From contig CP070662.1 of the NCBI GenBank assembly GCA_020355185.1, positions 350,357-414,356 of the forward strand: DNA of 64,000 bases, in the 5' to 3' direction. Source of the stretch: an archaeon. Lineage in GTDB: Archaea > Aenigmatarchaeota > Aenigmatarchaeia > PWEA01 > JAGHBM01. The first letter of the stretch is position 1, and each line of letters starts with the position of its first letter. Position numbers and translations under genes: made by a program. Positions 33,849-45,800 of this stretch are shown one piece after another. Below the pieces are notes generated by a model, which had not been told where the DNA came from, ran no database searches, and saw nothing but the letters and a program-made list of their open reading frames with translations.

Positions 33849-36013
33849 ATCAGGAGGATTAGAGTGGCTAGGGATACCAGTGGATACATTATTCCCACGT
33901 ACTTGCCTCTCCTCCTGAGGATTATCAGTGAAAACAGCAGTATCAGGAATATGACGGTCAAGAGTGGTATGAGCGGTATGCCTCCCGGAAGAAGTGCCGA
34001 GGGGGCGGCGACATTTATCTTTATCCTGGCAAATGCATAGGCGTCCTCAATGGATTCTATTATAAGCATTGCATTGCAGCTCTTGGGGCCTGTCTTTGTT
34101 TTTACCTTTAAATTCAGGTTGCCTTCCTCTTCCAGATCCAGTACCATTTTCGGCGAACTGAAGTTGACAATGCAGTCTTCCGCGTTTTCCAGCTTGGCCT
34201 TAACCCCGGACAGGGGTTTCTTTCCTATATTCTTCACCAGTATGGGTATCTCCCCCTCGGAATCCGAATCAAGGATAATCTCTGCGGGACTCTCCACTAT
34301 CTTTATCTTGGCCAGAAACCTCCCGGGCAGGACCTCAAACCAGAAGTAAGTCATGTCCAGTATGTCCCCGTCACCGTCTATTGCCTGTACCGGAATTGCG
34401 TATACAGCAGGCTCCACCATGTACGTGGGTTGTATGAAAAGTGTCCTGTTAAGTTTTTGCCTCGGTGCTATGATGTCAACAACAGCAGACCCCGCTATCC
34501 AGTTCTCGCCCACTATAGGCACCAGGGTTATGTCACGGACCGTTCTTCCTCCAAGATTTTCCACTATAAATTCAACGGGGGTAAGCTGTTCCTGCATCCC
34601 TGTGACCTCTGGTTCAACCGGGTATATGTTTATTTCTATTTCCCCCGGCGCAGGGGTTGGTGTTGGTTTTGGACTTGGAGTGGGGCTAGGTTCCGGATAA
34701 GGTTCGGGAGAGGGCTGTTCCTCCTCCCCTCCCCTCCTCCTTACAAGTTCCAAGTCATCAACTATCTCCAGACTGCCGTTGCACTGTATGTAATCATCAC
34801 ATTCCAGCACCTCTGCCGTGTAGTTAACCTCGCAAATGGAAATAATATATCTGTCGGTGCAGCTGGTAAAGGTCTCGGAAAATGTTACATTAGTCCCGCT
34901 GGAGGTAAGTTGCGTAACGGTCAAATTACCCAGTTCATTGCTTATAATTCCTCCGTACCATTTTGTTGAATAGGCACATTCATTTGGGGTCAGGGTGGTG
35001 TCGTTGCTTAAGCAGGCATAACAGTATTCCGTGCAGTCATTCATCCGGAAGGTGTATGCATTGAACATGTCACCTGTGGCATTTACCATTCCGTGGTGGG
35101 TGGGATAGCTTGTATTCTGGCCCGAAACGTTAACAGAGGAGGTACCCGTCGTATTTGACTGATGTTCCATGGCATATGCATTGAAACAGGTTCTCCTGTA
35201 ATGATACCAGCATTCAGTTTCATTTATTCCGTCTTCGTCCTCGTCCTCAAGTTCGGTACAGCTGGCCGTTTGGTTGTATCCCGGCCAGGGATATGTAACA
35301 TCTTGGCTGTGAGATACCTTGCCTTTGAAATCAGTTATACCGTGCCAGTAATACGTACCGATTGCCGTGTCATTTTTTGTTGTCCACAGGCCGTAGTGCA
35401 AATCATCTTCCCCGAGTTTTAGTAAAATTGTGCTGTCAATAACAGGACCCCAGACCCGGTTCCCGTTCTGATAATCCAGATACATCTCACTGGTCTCGTT
35501 TATGTCGATATTACCCACATTCTCATTTACCTGTATGAAGAACACGGTCTGTTCCCTTACCACCTCTTCAGGGACGAAATAGAAACTGAAAATAGAGCCG
35601 CAACTTGGTGAAACCTCCAGGGAGATTGTCAACTGGTCTATTACAAGTATAGAGAAGTTGTATTCACCCGAGATTACGTAGCTTCCTGTGGAGTCGTTAA
35701 CGAATATACGATAGCGGTACAGACTTGGAAGGTCTGTTGAAAAGTCCAGTTCGTATTCTCCGCTCAGGCCGTATGCACCGCTGGTGTTGACCATCTCAAA
35801 AGTCTTGTTCATTGGGAATGTGAAATCGACCAGAACCTTGTCTATATCCCCGTCCGTATCAGTAACGTTGGCGGTTAGGGTCACATTATATCCCTGGAGC
35901 TGCGGGTCAGGATAGTCCGTAACGCCATTTATCACCGGGTCAGCGGCACCTGCAAGAGGCAGGAATACAGAAAAGGCTAAAAATGCCAGTACAAACGGGG
36001 GTGCTCTTTTCAT
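33806..36013 (-). CDS. Secreted, C-terminally anchored multi-domain surface protein (735 aa)
   Basis: Signal peptide ...FLPLAGAADP. N-terminal Ig-like module also repeated in the 4285-aa protein. Cys-rich central part, a Pro/Thr/Ser linker, two CARDB-like modules (IVENLGGRTV, LVKNIGKKPL) and C-terminal TM helices. Confidence 0.7.
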   Translation of the reverse strand: MKRAPPFVLAFLAFSVFLPLAGAADPVINGVTDYPDPQLQGYNVTLTANVTDTDGDIDKVLVDFTFPMNKTFEMVNTSGAYGLSGEYELDFSTDLPSLYRYRIFVNDSTGSYVISGEYNFSILVIDQLTISLEVSPSCGSIFSFYFVPEEVVREQTVFFIQVNENVGNIDINETSEMYLDYQNGNRVWGPVIDSTILLKLGEDDLHYGLWTTKNDTAIGTYYWHGITDFKGKVSHSQDVTYPWPGYNQTASCTELEDEDEDGINETECWYHYRRTCFNAYAMEHQSNTTGTSSVNVSGQNTSYPTHHGMVNATGDMFNAYTFRMNDCTEYCYACLSNDTTLTPNECAYSTKWYGGIISNELGNLTVTQLTSSGTNVTFSETFTSCTDRYIISICEVNYTAEVLECDDYIQCNGSLEIVDDLELVRRRGGEEEQPSPEPYPEPSPTPSPKPTPTPAPGEIEINIYPVEPEVTGMQEQLTPVEFIVENLGGRTVRDITLVPIVGENWIAGSAVVDIIAPRQKLNRTLFIQPTYMVEPAVYAIPVQAIDGDGDILDMTYFWFEVLPGRFLAKIKIVESPAEIILDSDSEGEIPILVKNIGKKPLSGVKAKLENAEDCIVNFSSPKMVLDLEEEGNLNLKVKTKTGPKSCNAMLIIESIEDAYAFARIKINVAAPSALLPGGIPLIPLLTVIFLILLFSLIILRRRGKYVGIMYPLVSLATLILLIYIFLWYLGYVPLF

Positions 36014-36014
36014 T

Positions 36015-36776
36015 CTATCTCCTTAACTTTCTGTATGCAAGATAAATCAAGACAAAAATCACAATTATGATTATCAGATACAACAGTGAATCGGATTCCT
36101 CCTCCTCGCCCAGGGAGAAAAACCCGGTGGGAAGGCGGCCTCTTTCTTGGCTTTCCTCCTCCTCTTTTTCTCTCACCCCGATGTTCCAAGTCCCGCCGGT
36201 GCCCGTACCCGATTTGTTGGACTCTATCTCCTGGTAATACTGCTCCAGAGTCTCCTCGTATTCCTCCTGGGTTTCGGCATTAACGTTTCCGGGTATGGTT
36301 ATGGAATAGGCATATTCTCGGGCCTGGGATATCTTTTCCCTGGTACCGCCGGGTCCCCCTTCTTCCGAGGTGGCCGTGGCTATTATCTTTACAACGTGAT
36401 AGTTTCTGGAAATCTCGCTTATGTTGTCCGGGATTTTAAGCGTTACGTAAACAGGAACAGCCTTTGCGTAGTTATCACCAAGAACAACCCATTCCTCCTC
36501 TCCCATCGGGTTAATTACGCTTTTCCAGTTCTCAAGAATGAAATATCTCGGGTTTATGCTTGTCCTTATCTCCCTGCTGCCTTCTTTCCCCATCTCCACG
36601 ACAAGAGGGGTATTTCCGTTGTTGAAGAAGGAGAGCTTGAATTCTCTTGCCTCCCCGGGTATCATGGTGACCCTCTGGTTGTGGCCCACGGAACCGAAGC
36701 TCATCTGGTCTCCACAGGCGGTACCGGCAAACAAGAGAATTAAAACAACCAAAATGCCCAAATACGATTTTTTCAT
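36015..36776 (-). CDS. Secreted beta-sandwich protein with acidic linker and C-terminal TM anchor (253 aa)
   Basis: Signal peptide, MIPGEAREFKLSFFNNGNTPLVV strand signature, Glu-rich spacer, and TM + YRKLRR tail. The stop lies 1 nt before the next start. Confidence 0.6.
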   Translation of the reverse strand: MKKSYLGILVVLILLFAGTACGDQMSFGSVGHNQRVTMIPGEAREFKLSFFNNGNTPLVVEMGKEGSREIRTSINPRYFILENWKSVINPMGEEEWVVLGDNYAKAVPVYVTLKIPDNISEISRNYHVVKIIATATSEEGGPGGTREKISQAREYAYSITIPGNVNAETQEEYEETLEQYYQEIESNKSGTGTGGTWNIGVREKEEEESQERGRLPTGFFSLGEEEESDSLLYLIIIIVIFVLIYLAYRKLRR

Positions 36777-36808
36777 GTTATAACCTTCGCTTTTATGTAA
36801 TTTATATT

Positions 36809-39800
36809 TTACCAGGAGGCGTTTGCCATTATAGTTACAGTGCCCGCGTACGACCCCGTATACACTGGCGGGGTGTCCAGCCAGAAGTAAACCGAATGGG
36901 TTATTCCTGAATCGGCAGGCTCAATTATAGCTTCATAAGTATGGTTCATCCTGGCGGAAACACCGTAACCGGCGCATGCCCTGCACCAGCTTATGTTGGA
37001 AACTTCTATGGGCGTGGAAGTCCCCGCCATGTCCGTGCCTTTTATGTAAAGCCCCTGTGCATCATTCGAGTTCTTGTCCAGTCCGATCTGATAAGGATTG
37101 CCCGGCGCCGCTATCCCCTGAATATCCGGGTCTCTGTCTCCCCAGTCAATTTCGTCAGTGGATACATTCAGCACCAGGACCAAACCTATCCTTATCAGAG
37201 AGTTGGTTGTGTCGTTAGACGGGTTATAAAAGATAACATCTATGTTATAGTATTCATCAAGAGAGCCCGTGGAATTAACCTTCCATATAAAAGTGTAATT
37301 TTCGTCTTGGTCCAAGTTACAACTCTGGGGGTTTAGGTCAAATGTGTAAAATGGAACATCTCCCGGTGTTGTTGAAACATCTGTGTTGGGCTCAGTTCCA
37401 CTTGAATTATATCTTACTTTTCCATAAAGAGTCCCGCATCTCGATTCCTTGCATATTACAGTTGCATTTACGGTAAAGTTTTTGTATCGCGGGGTTATTG
37501 TGTTGTCCGGCGGTTCATTTAAAAACACAATCAATTTTCCTTCGGGCAGAGTTATGTTAACAGTTGTATTGTCTTCGTAACTCTCAGAAGCGTTATAATA
37601 CAAGGTGGAATTATCGGTAATGTTACACTTCGGATAGTAAACCCCATCTTCATACCAAGTTGTATCCCAGCTTCCGATTGCATGGCCCGTAGAGTTTGTA
37701 AAGTTGCTACCAAGACTTACACTATGAGTCGAGTTTTCCACATAAAAATTAACCAAATAGTCCTGTATACCCACACTGGTGTTTGAGTTTTCCACCAGAC
37801 AAGTTAAAGGAACAATTTCACCCTGAGTATAATTATCTCCGCTATCCGGCGAAATCCAGTCTACCTTGCTCCATCCCCGGACAAAGATTGTAATGCTATC
37901 CTCTCCGGAATCATAATATTGTTTTGTAACGCTTATCGTTACAAGTTCCGGTCCTACAGAGTGGCCTGACGGAACAATCCAGGTTGTATTTTCGCCAGAA
38001 GCTATATAATCTGTTGTATTTGTCCAGTTGGCCTGGTCCGGCGTGACAGCAATGTCATTTTCATCCTTGGTCGTTGAGTTCAGCCATGTCAAACTCTCAA
38101 CCTGATAAATTGATTCGTTCGCAGGATAACCCATACTTATATTTAATATACCAATGAGAGTAACAGACCCGGAGGCGTCATCGTCTGCGGCAGTGGTGTT
38201 ATAGTATGCGGACGGTTTGTTGTTTATGAGGCACCTCAAAGTTTTTGGTCCCACCGTCTCGGTTTGCGCATCCCAGTTCACTGTGGCGTAACCGGTCGAG
38301 TTCGTGTTATCCGAGTTTATGTAATCCCAGTCATCATCGTAAAAATCAACCTGATAATTTTCTATTCCGTACAAGCCGTCCTTATCAATAACCCTGCACG
38401 TGAGTGGAACCGTACCTCTGTAAGTGCTTCCCGAAGGTCCAGTCCATTCCACTTTACTTCTGCCCCAGACATCAAAAGTTTTGTATCCCAAGGAATCGTT
38501 CCAGTTCGGCGGAACAACTTGGTCGGATGCATTAATTTTCGTCACATGCACACCAACAATCCAAGAAGAGTTTGTATTAATGGTGTGATTAGTCCAGTTA
38601 TCGCCACCGATAGTTTCTGTCGCGTATCCTACTATTTGGGATGACGTGTCGTTAAACATGGTGTAAGAGTTTCCGATAGACTCGTTCCACTGTGCATAAA
38701 TCAGTAAGGCGTCGCCCTTCCAGACAACCGTATCATTTATTCCGTAAGTAATGGCAAAGGGTGGGGTTATGTCTTCCCCGGGCTCTTTGGTGGTTAAAGT
38801 CTCTGTTTTGTTGTTGTTCGAAGAGGCATTATACATGATGGCAGCATAATCGGTGATGTTGCAAACCAGCGTATCGGTTCCGTTACTGTAATCTATGTAT
38901 TTCCAGACAGCCCAGCCACTCGAGTTTGTTTGATTTGCACCCAAAATATTCGTGGAATTGTAGAAGCTGATGTTATAACCGGAAATAGCGCTTCCATTCA
39001 AATCAGTAACCCTACAACTAAACAAAGTCGAACTCCCTTCATAAATTATGTTCGGGTTCAGGTCACTGTCACTGACCTCGGACCAACCCCAGACTTCCGT
39101 TGTGTTTATCTGGGTCATGTTTTCGTTGCTCGATGAGTCGTTTGCATAAATTCTCCATCCGAGTATACCCGGGGTCATGCTCATTGGAATGGTTAATTCA
39201 AATTCGGCCCAATTTTCTATAACAATGGCATCTGCCAGCGAACTGTTTTGCCAAGTTCCTGTTTCGTTTGTTGACAGCCAGGCATAATCTAATGCCTCGT
39301 TATCATCCCAATAGGACTTATAGAGAATAGCGTCTCCCTTATGTACTACAGAAACGTTCTGGCTTACTTGCGAGTATTTGGGAGGTTCCGTCTCTATCGT
39401 TCTTAATGTTTTTATTTCGTAGTAGTCTGATGTGACGTTGTAATAAAGCGTGGAATTTTCAGTAATGTTACATGTAATGTTTTCATACCCCAAACTGTTA
39501 TCAACAAAGGTAAAACGTGCCCAGCCTGTCTGGTTTGTATTATTTGTGCCCAACTGATTTGTCGAGTTGTAGAAAACAACATTGTAACCACCAACGCCGC
39601 TTGTATTGTCAGAGACCACCCTACAATACACTGTTAAAGGATTTCCCTGGACAACAGTTGACGGGTCAAGATAGCTGCTGGGGATGCTTGACCAGCCCCA
39701 AACCTCAAAATTAAGGTGGTATAAGGTATTATTCCAGTTACCATTCAAGTCACTTGAATAAATTTTTAGGGAGTGAACCCCCAGCAACCAAGATACATTC

Positions 39801-42800
39801 GTATAAAGAGTGCGATTAGTCCAGTTACCCGTGTATGGGGGCGAAATGGTGTGGTTAAACAAGCTGAAGGCAGTATCGTTGTATTCGGTTTTTGAGTCAT
39901 TGATTTCTTCATTCCATCTTGCGTATGCGGCCAGAGAGTCCCCTCTGTTTACAATATAATCTGTCAAACCGTATATCTCATTGTAAAGCTTGGGTGGTAA
40001 TCCTTCCGTAGGTATTAAGTTATACGTGGAATAGTCTTCTTCAGTCCAAAAAGTATCGTTTATTAAAAAGTGAACGAGTTTTTTTCCAGAACCCGTGGTG
40101 ATATTGAATATGTAATAGAAAGTTACATTATTGTTAACCTGCACCAACATATTTCCTTGGGAGGTATTCCATTCAATTTTTCCGGGGGACCAGTTACCTC
40201 CAGTATAGTTTAACGTCGAGTTTTCGTACCATATATCATGCGTATGGTTTATATTCCAACTTGAGTCCAGATTTTCATGGAATATTACATCAGAAGATGT
40301 TATTGTCCAGTTTGACTCGCTGGTGTCATTAACCCAGGCAACTATTTCTGCCCTATAAACATTACCTGTGTATAAGTCAAATGTAGTATTCAAACCAGAG
40401 CCAACGGGATCTGATGTATTAGTATGTTTATCAGAGGCATCAGTTACATCAAATATCCTTATTTCTTGAATTTGAACCAAAGATAACGGCTCTGTTATAG
40501 AGAATTGATAGTAACCAAGTATATCCGAGTCGTCGTCATTTTTTAAAATGTTTCCGCTCGGGTCTGCCAGATAACCCAAAACCCTGTAAGTTCCTGCAGG
40601 CTCCAAGTCAGTATTCCATGCGCTCGGATTCCATAAAGTGTCTAGTGCCAGAGAAGCGCCTGCAGAAATGTTGTGGGATTCGTTGTTTAAAACGATTCCG
40701 CCGGAGACATCTTGCCAGCCGCCCCCGACATATCTCTGGACTTTCATAGTCAGATATCCTTTAATATCCTTATTTCCGGTGTTCTTAATTGCGGACCTGA
40801 TATAAGCAATTTTTAATTCCGGTTGGTTTGTTCCCTGGCTTCCATCAATTTCAAAGTAGGCGTTTTCACCGCTTTCATTGATTAAATATGCCACCAAATC
40901 TTTATCGGCCATGTATGATTCGTTAACACTCACCAGTACATCTATAGTTTTATTTCCGGCTGTGGATGCGCTGAAATTCCCTATGGGATTTGATTCGGAA
41001 CATTCACTCGGTTGGCCGTCATCATAAATCGTGTTTACTGGAGTGGAGGAGTTATAGGTCCCGTTTGTATGATAAACCAAGCCTGTAGCCGATGCAGAGG
41101 CTGTAACTGAAACAGTTAAATTCGCAGATAGAATTTTTGCTCCGTCCGGAATTTCACTCAGGTTGAATTTCAGATAATACCGCTGCTTTACTGTAGTGTA
41201 AGTAATATTCAATGCGGCATAATCTATAGCAAGTAAGCTGTCGTCGCCCAGATAAGTTATCTCATATCTGGCTTTAATTTCATTGGAAGAATCGTTAACA
41301 AAGTCCGACATTTTTCCGTATGCGTCCCAGCTGCCATTTACTTCATAACCCCAGTCACTTGTGCTCAAATCCCCTATATCAACCCAAGACCCGGATGAAT
41401 AATTGTAAACTTCAACGTCTTGGAAACCCACCGGCACACCCTCCGGGGAGTCCCCGTCACAGGATGGTCCTCCTCCATTGGAGCCATCATGACAGTATAC
41501 CAGTTCGAAGTTCAGTCTGGTTATGTGATTTTCATCTATCCCCAGAGAAGTTATGTTAAAGGTCAATTCACCGTAAGCGTTGGGGCTTCCGCCCTGTGAA
41601 CCGTACCACCAGTAGGAGCCGTCATCTGATTGCGTGTCTGTATAGTCCCCGCCGCTGGCATCATAAATTCCTGTTATTTGGTCATCATCCGCCAAATCCA
41701 ACGAGGTGTCGTTCTTGTATCCGATTCCAGCCGTGCCCGGATCATCTATTCTGGTTCCGTTGAACATGGCAACCACATCATAACTAGCGTTTTTCGTTGT
41801 TTCTTGGTCAATGTAACTTGTTAAATTAACATACTCCAAGGGACCATAAGAATCATCAATTGTTTTGACATTCAGAGTGGCATTGGAGCTTATGTTGAAA
41901 TAGTAAACAGAACTTTGGTTTGTTTTTCCAGCAGTGTCCTGCGCCCAAACATAATAGGAGTATTGCCCGTTTTTCCAAGTACCTGAAAAGTTGTATTCAT
42001 ATACGTCTTGCGTGTAGTTGGTCATGTCATACGCAGTATAACTTTCTTCAGGAGGTTTTACATATACCCTTACGATATTTACACCATCCCAGTCAGTTAC
42101 ATTTGCCGAGATGGTTACGTTTTGTCCATAACCCTGCGAATCGGGTGAATTTACAACATCCTTTATGAAAGGTTTGTCGTGAACAGTTATGTTTGTCGTG
42201 TTCCAAGATGGATTCGTATAAATAGAACTTTTACCGTCATAAGAAACATTAATTTGATGGTTTCCCAAAGTTTCACTTGATGAAAGCTGATAATCTACTG
42301 TTGCCAGGCCGCCGGAATCAGTAAGGTCCCAACCAATAAAGTAACCAGTGGTTGTATCGTTAAATGTTATGTTTTGATTTGGTATTTCGGTACCGTTATC
42401 ATATTTCAAATAGGCACTTACTCTAACGGTTTCCCCCCCAACCGGATCGGAATTGTTAACTGAAGGGTTTATAGTTGTATTTGCGTAGACAGTTATTGTA
42501 ACAATATCCCAGTCTGTATAACCTTCCTGGCACGAAGTATCAAGTCTAACTTCTTGCGGACCCAGCTGGGAACTTATTACCAAACCCGCTGTTATGTTGT
42601 TCCAAAAAATGTTTCCAGGGGCAAGAGTTTCATTATTTTCGTTTAAATTACCAGAGGAGTTGGTCCAACCGCTTGGTAACGTCCAGTTAAGCCATAAATC
42701 ATTTACAGTTATCACTATTGTATTATTCACATAACCTCTTAAGTCGCCGGATCCGCCCCTGGTTACGATAGTGGGATATTCGCTAATTTCAGTAGACAGT

Positions 42801-45800
42801 CCGGGTATTCTTAACATTAATATTTTATCCTCCTGCTCCCCCCAGCTATGGTATTCCCCTCCCGGATTTGTATAATTAATAGTTGCGTTGATATGGTAAT
42901 CTCCGGCCGGTGTTGAGTTAGTTGATATATTAAAGGTGGCATTTTTCCAGCCGCCTCCGGTTATAGTACCAAGATTACAGTAGTTCTGGTTTGTTTGCCC
43001 TGCCAGAGTACAGTTACATGTAAAACCAAGGCCCTGAGGACAGTTTACCGTGACATTAACACTTGTTAAATTTTTAGACCAGGGATTCGCTACAGTAAAG
43101 TTATACAGAGACGACTTGTTCTGGTATATTTTTTCTGGGGTCATATTTGAAGAAAAGCCATCGGGCACATGGTGAATTGTAAAGTTAATAGAACTGTTTT
43201 GTGTCGTATTACCGCTGTCAGAACCCATAGTTACATTCCAGAAGAAATTATAATTTCCTGAGGTTGCATCCAAAGGAATAGGATAACCATACGTTTGGTT
43301 ATCAAATTTTTTCTCGCAGGCTTCGTCTGCATCGAGGTTCCCGCAATATTGGGTTTCATCGGGTCCCCAATCAACCATACTACTCAAATGGTCAAGAACA
43401 TTCAAGGTTATGCTTGCATTGACTGAAGTAGTGTTTCTGTTGGTTACGGTAACATTTATCCAGGCAATATTATCTCCTGTTTCATATTCTTCCACATCGA
43501 AGTTGTATTCATTTTCATGTGTCAAATTAGTTAACTCCATGTAAGCAGATATTATTGTGAAATTATAGGTTGCGACAAGGTCTGAACCAGAATAATCCTT
43601 TAAGGCATTGCCATTTAAATCAACTAAAGCAGCATAAATCCTGTAAGTTCCCGCAGGCTCAAGGGTAGTGTTCCAGCCCCCTCCCGCTTCCCACAGCGTG
43701 TCTAAATATTTCTTTTGGCCGGCATCAGTGCTTTGTATTCCATCTGACTGGTCCATTACTGGGAATCCGGTGTTTTCCCAACCAGAGCCGGTCCAGTGCT
43801 GGACTCTCATAATTATGTAGTACTTCATATCCACAGAACCCGTATTAACAACCTTTGATATTCTGTCGTAAGATTCATTTGAACCCAAGGTAACTGATAC
43901 AGGGTTTTCAACCTTCTTCCATTCGTTTCTTACAGGCACGTAATTACTACCATTCAGGGTTACGTAGTATGCTTCATAGGTATAAATCCCGGATATGGTG
44001 CTATCCTGCATGTTGAAAGGCACCCATGCCATGCCCCAAAGTCCGCCAGTTCCACCCAAATTGGTTATAGCCCAGTTGGTGTTGTTTGGGGTGTAGCTTG
44101 AATTTAACAAGAAATACCCGAAAGTTTGACCATAGCTTCCATCTAGGTGCATGACACCCCAGGTCTCATTCCAGTCTGTGTGTTGTTGTGCAAGTTCGGT
44201 GCCAAGCAGAGGTTCTGTAACTGCTCCGCTGGGGGTAATGTAACTAAAGTTGTCTTGAACCGGGTTTATATCCCACGATGGCATTCTTTCATGCGGCCAG
44301 TCGGGCCAGGAAGTTTCTGTAAAAGATGTGGAGAAATTGGAGGTATAATTTGCCTCAATCCTTGAAATCTCGTAATCCGGTGTGTAATAAATCCTCCACA
44401 CATAGGTGTACTCTGACCCGCTTATTACACCAGGATAGGCAGGATTTGCAACGCCGGGCGCCTTCATCGTTATTTTATGCATCAAAGGTCCAACGACGTC
44501 GAAAACAACAGATGAGGCGTTACCCGCATCGGAATAGTTTGTTGCATCAGAATGCTGTGTTATAAAGCCGCAGTCCGCCTCACCCGAGAAAGTGCACCCC
44601 CCAAAGACATCTCCAGCGTTACTCCAGAAGTGGAACATGCCAGGGGACAAATCCCAGTCATCATAGGCTATGATAGATTGCGCCGAATACAAGTCAAAAT
44701 AAACCAAGGGCTGATTGCTTCCCGAATAAGTTCCATTTATCTGAATCGTATCACCGGTTCCATAAGAAGTGCCAATTGAAAATCCGGTTCCCCTGTCAAC
44801 CACTGACGGGTCGTTTAAACCGGTATAGCTTGGCTTGCTTGCCTGTGAATTGTTGTAGTAAATGTAATACGTGGAGGTTGAACCTTCGCTTACATTAGAT
44901 AAAAAGACCACATTGGCCCCGACACAATAACCAGATGAATATTTTTCATCATAAACCTGCGAAGAGATTTCATCAATTTTTCCGGAAGTTACCCTTATCT
45001 CTTTTGTACAGTTGACAACTTTACCCTGGGCAAATGTAACGTAAGTGTCTATTGGCCAGAAAGTTCTGTCACCAACTCCGGGTTCTGTTACGTTCACCTG
45101 TTTTCTTGATTCCCATGAGGAATTCCACCATTCATCCGATTTGTAGTAAACTGTTATGTTTACATATTCGTTGGGACCGTAAGAATCGTTTTCAGTGGAA
45201 ACATCAATAGTGGCGTTTACAGTAACATTAAAAGTGTTAACATCGGAAAAGTACCCGGCACCGCTACTATCATTGGCCCAGATTCTGTAGCTATATCCAC
45301 TCCACTGCCAGGTGTCAGAAAAATTGTATTGCCATGTATCTGCAGAAATATTAACCATGGTGAAATTATACGAGGCGCTATCAGGATACGTAATTTCTAC
45401 AAGAGCGGTATCAACATCGCCTCCCGTTATGTCACCGGATATGGTCACATTATAACCATAACCCACCGGATCAGGAGTGTCTGTTATATCAGAGAAAACA
45501 AAAAGTGTTAGTTCAAAGTAATCGACGTTTTCTATATAACTGCTATCATCGTTCTGCAAGACATTCCCTTCATCATCTGTAAGAGCAGCGTAAACCCTGT
45601 ACCATCCCGTCTCTTGACCATATGTACTCCATGGTTCAGCGTTCCAAATAGAACCCACATCCAGATATTCGCCAGCAGAGATGTTTCTTAAAGTTGACGT
45701 ATTGGTGTCATCGATTATTATTTCAACGACATTCCAAGAACCCGAATTGTTTGTTTGAATTTCCATCAACAAATAACCGGAAATATCTGTCGGGCCATTA

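Noticed and set aside
33809-34000. PGF-CTERM/archaeosortase-type sorting signal in the 735-aa protein (LLPGGIPLIPLLTVIFLILLFSLIILRRRGK)
   Set aside because: The motif is PGG rather than PGF. The tripartite signal is not at the extreme C-terminus, since another ~30 aa with a further hydrophobic helix follow. No archaeosortase gene is in the window.
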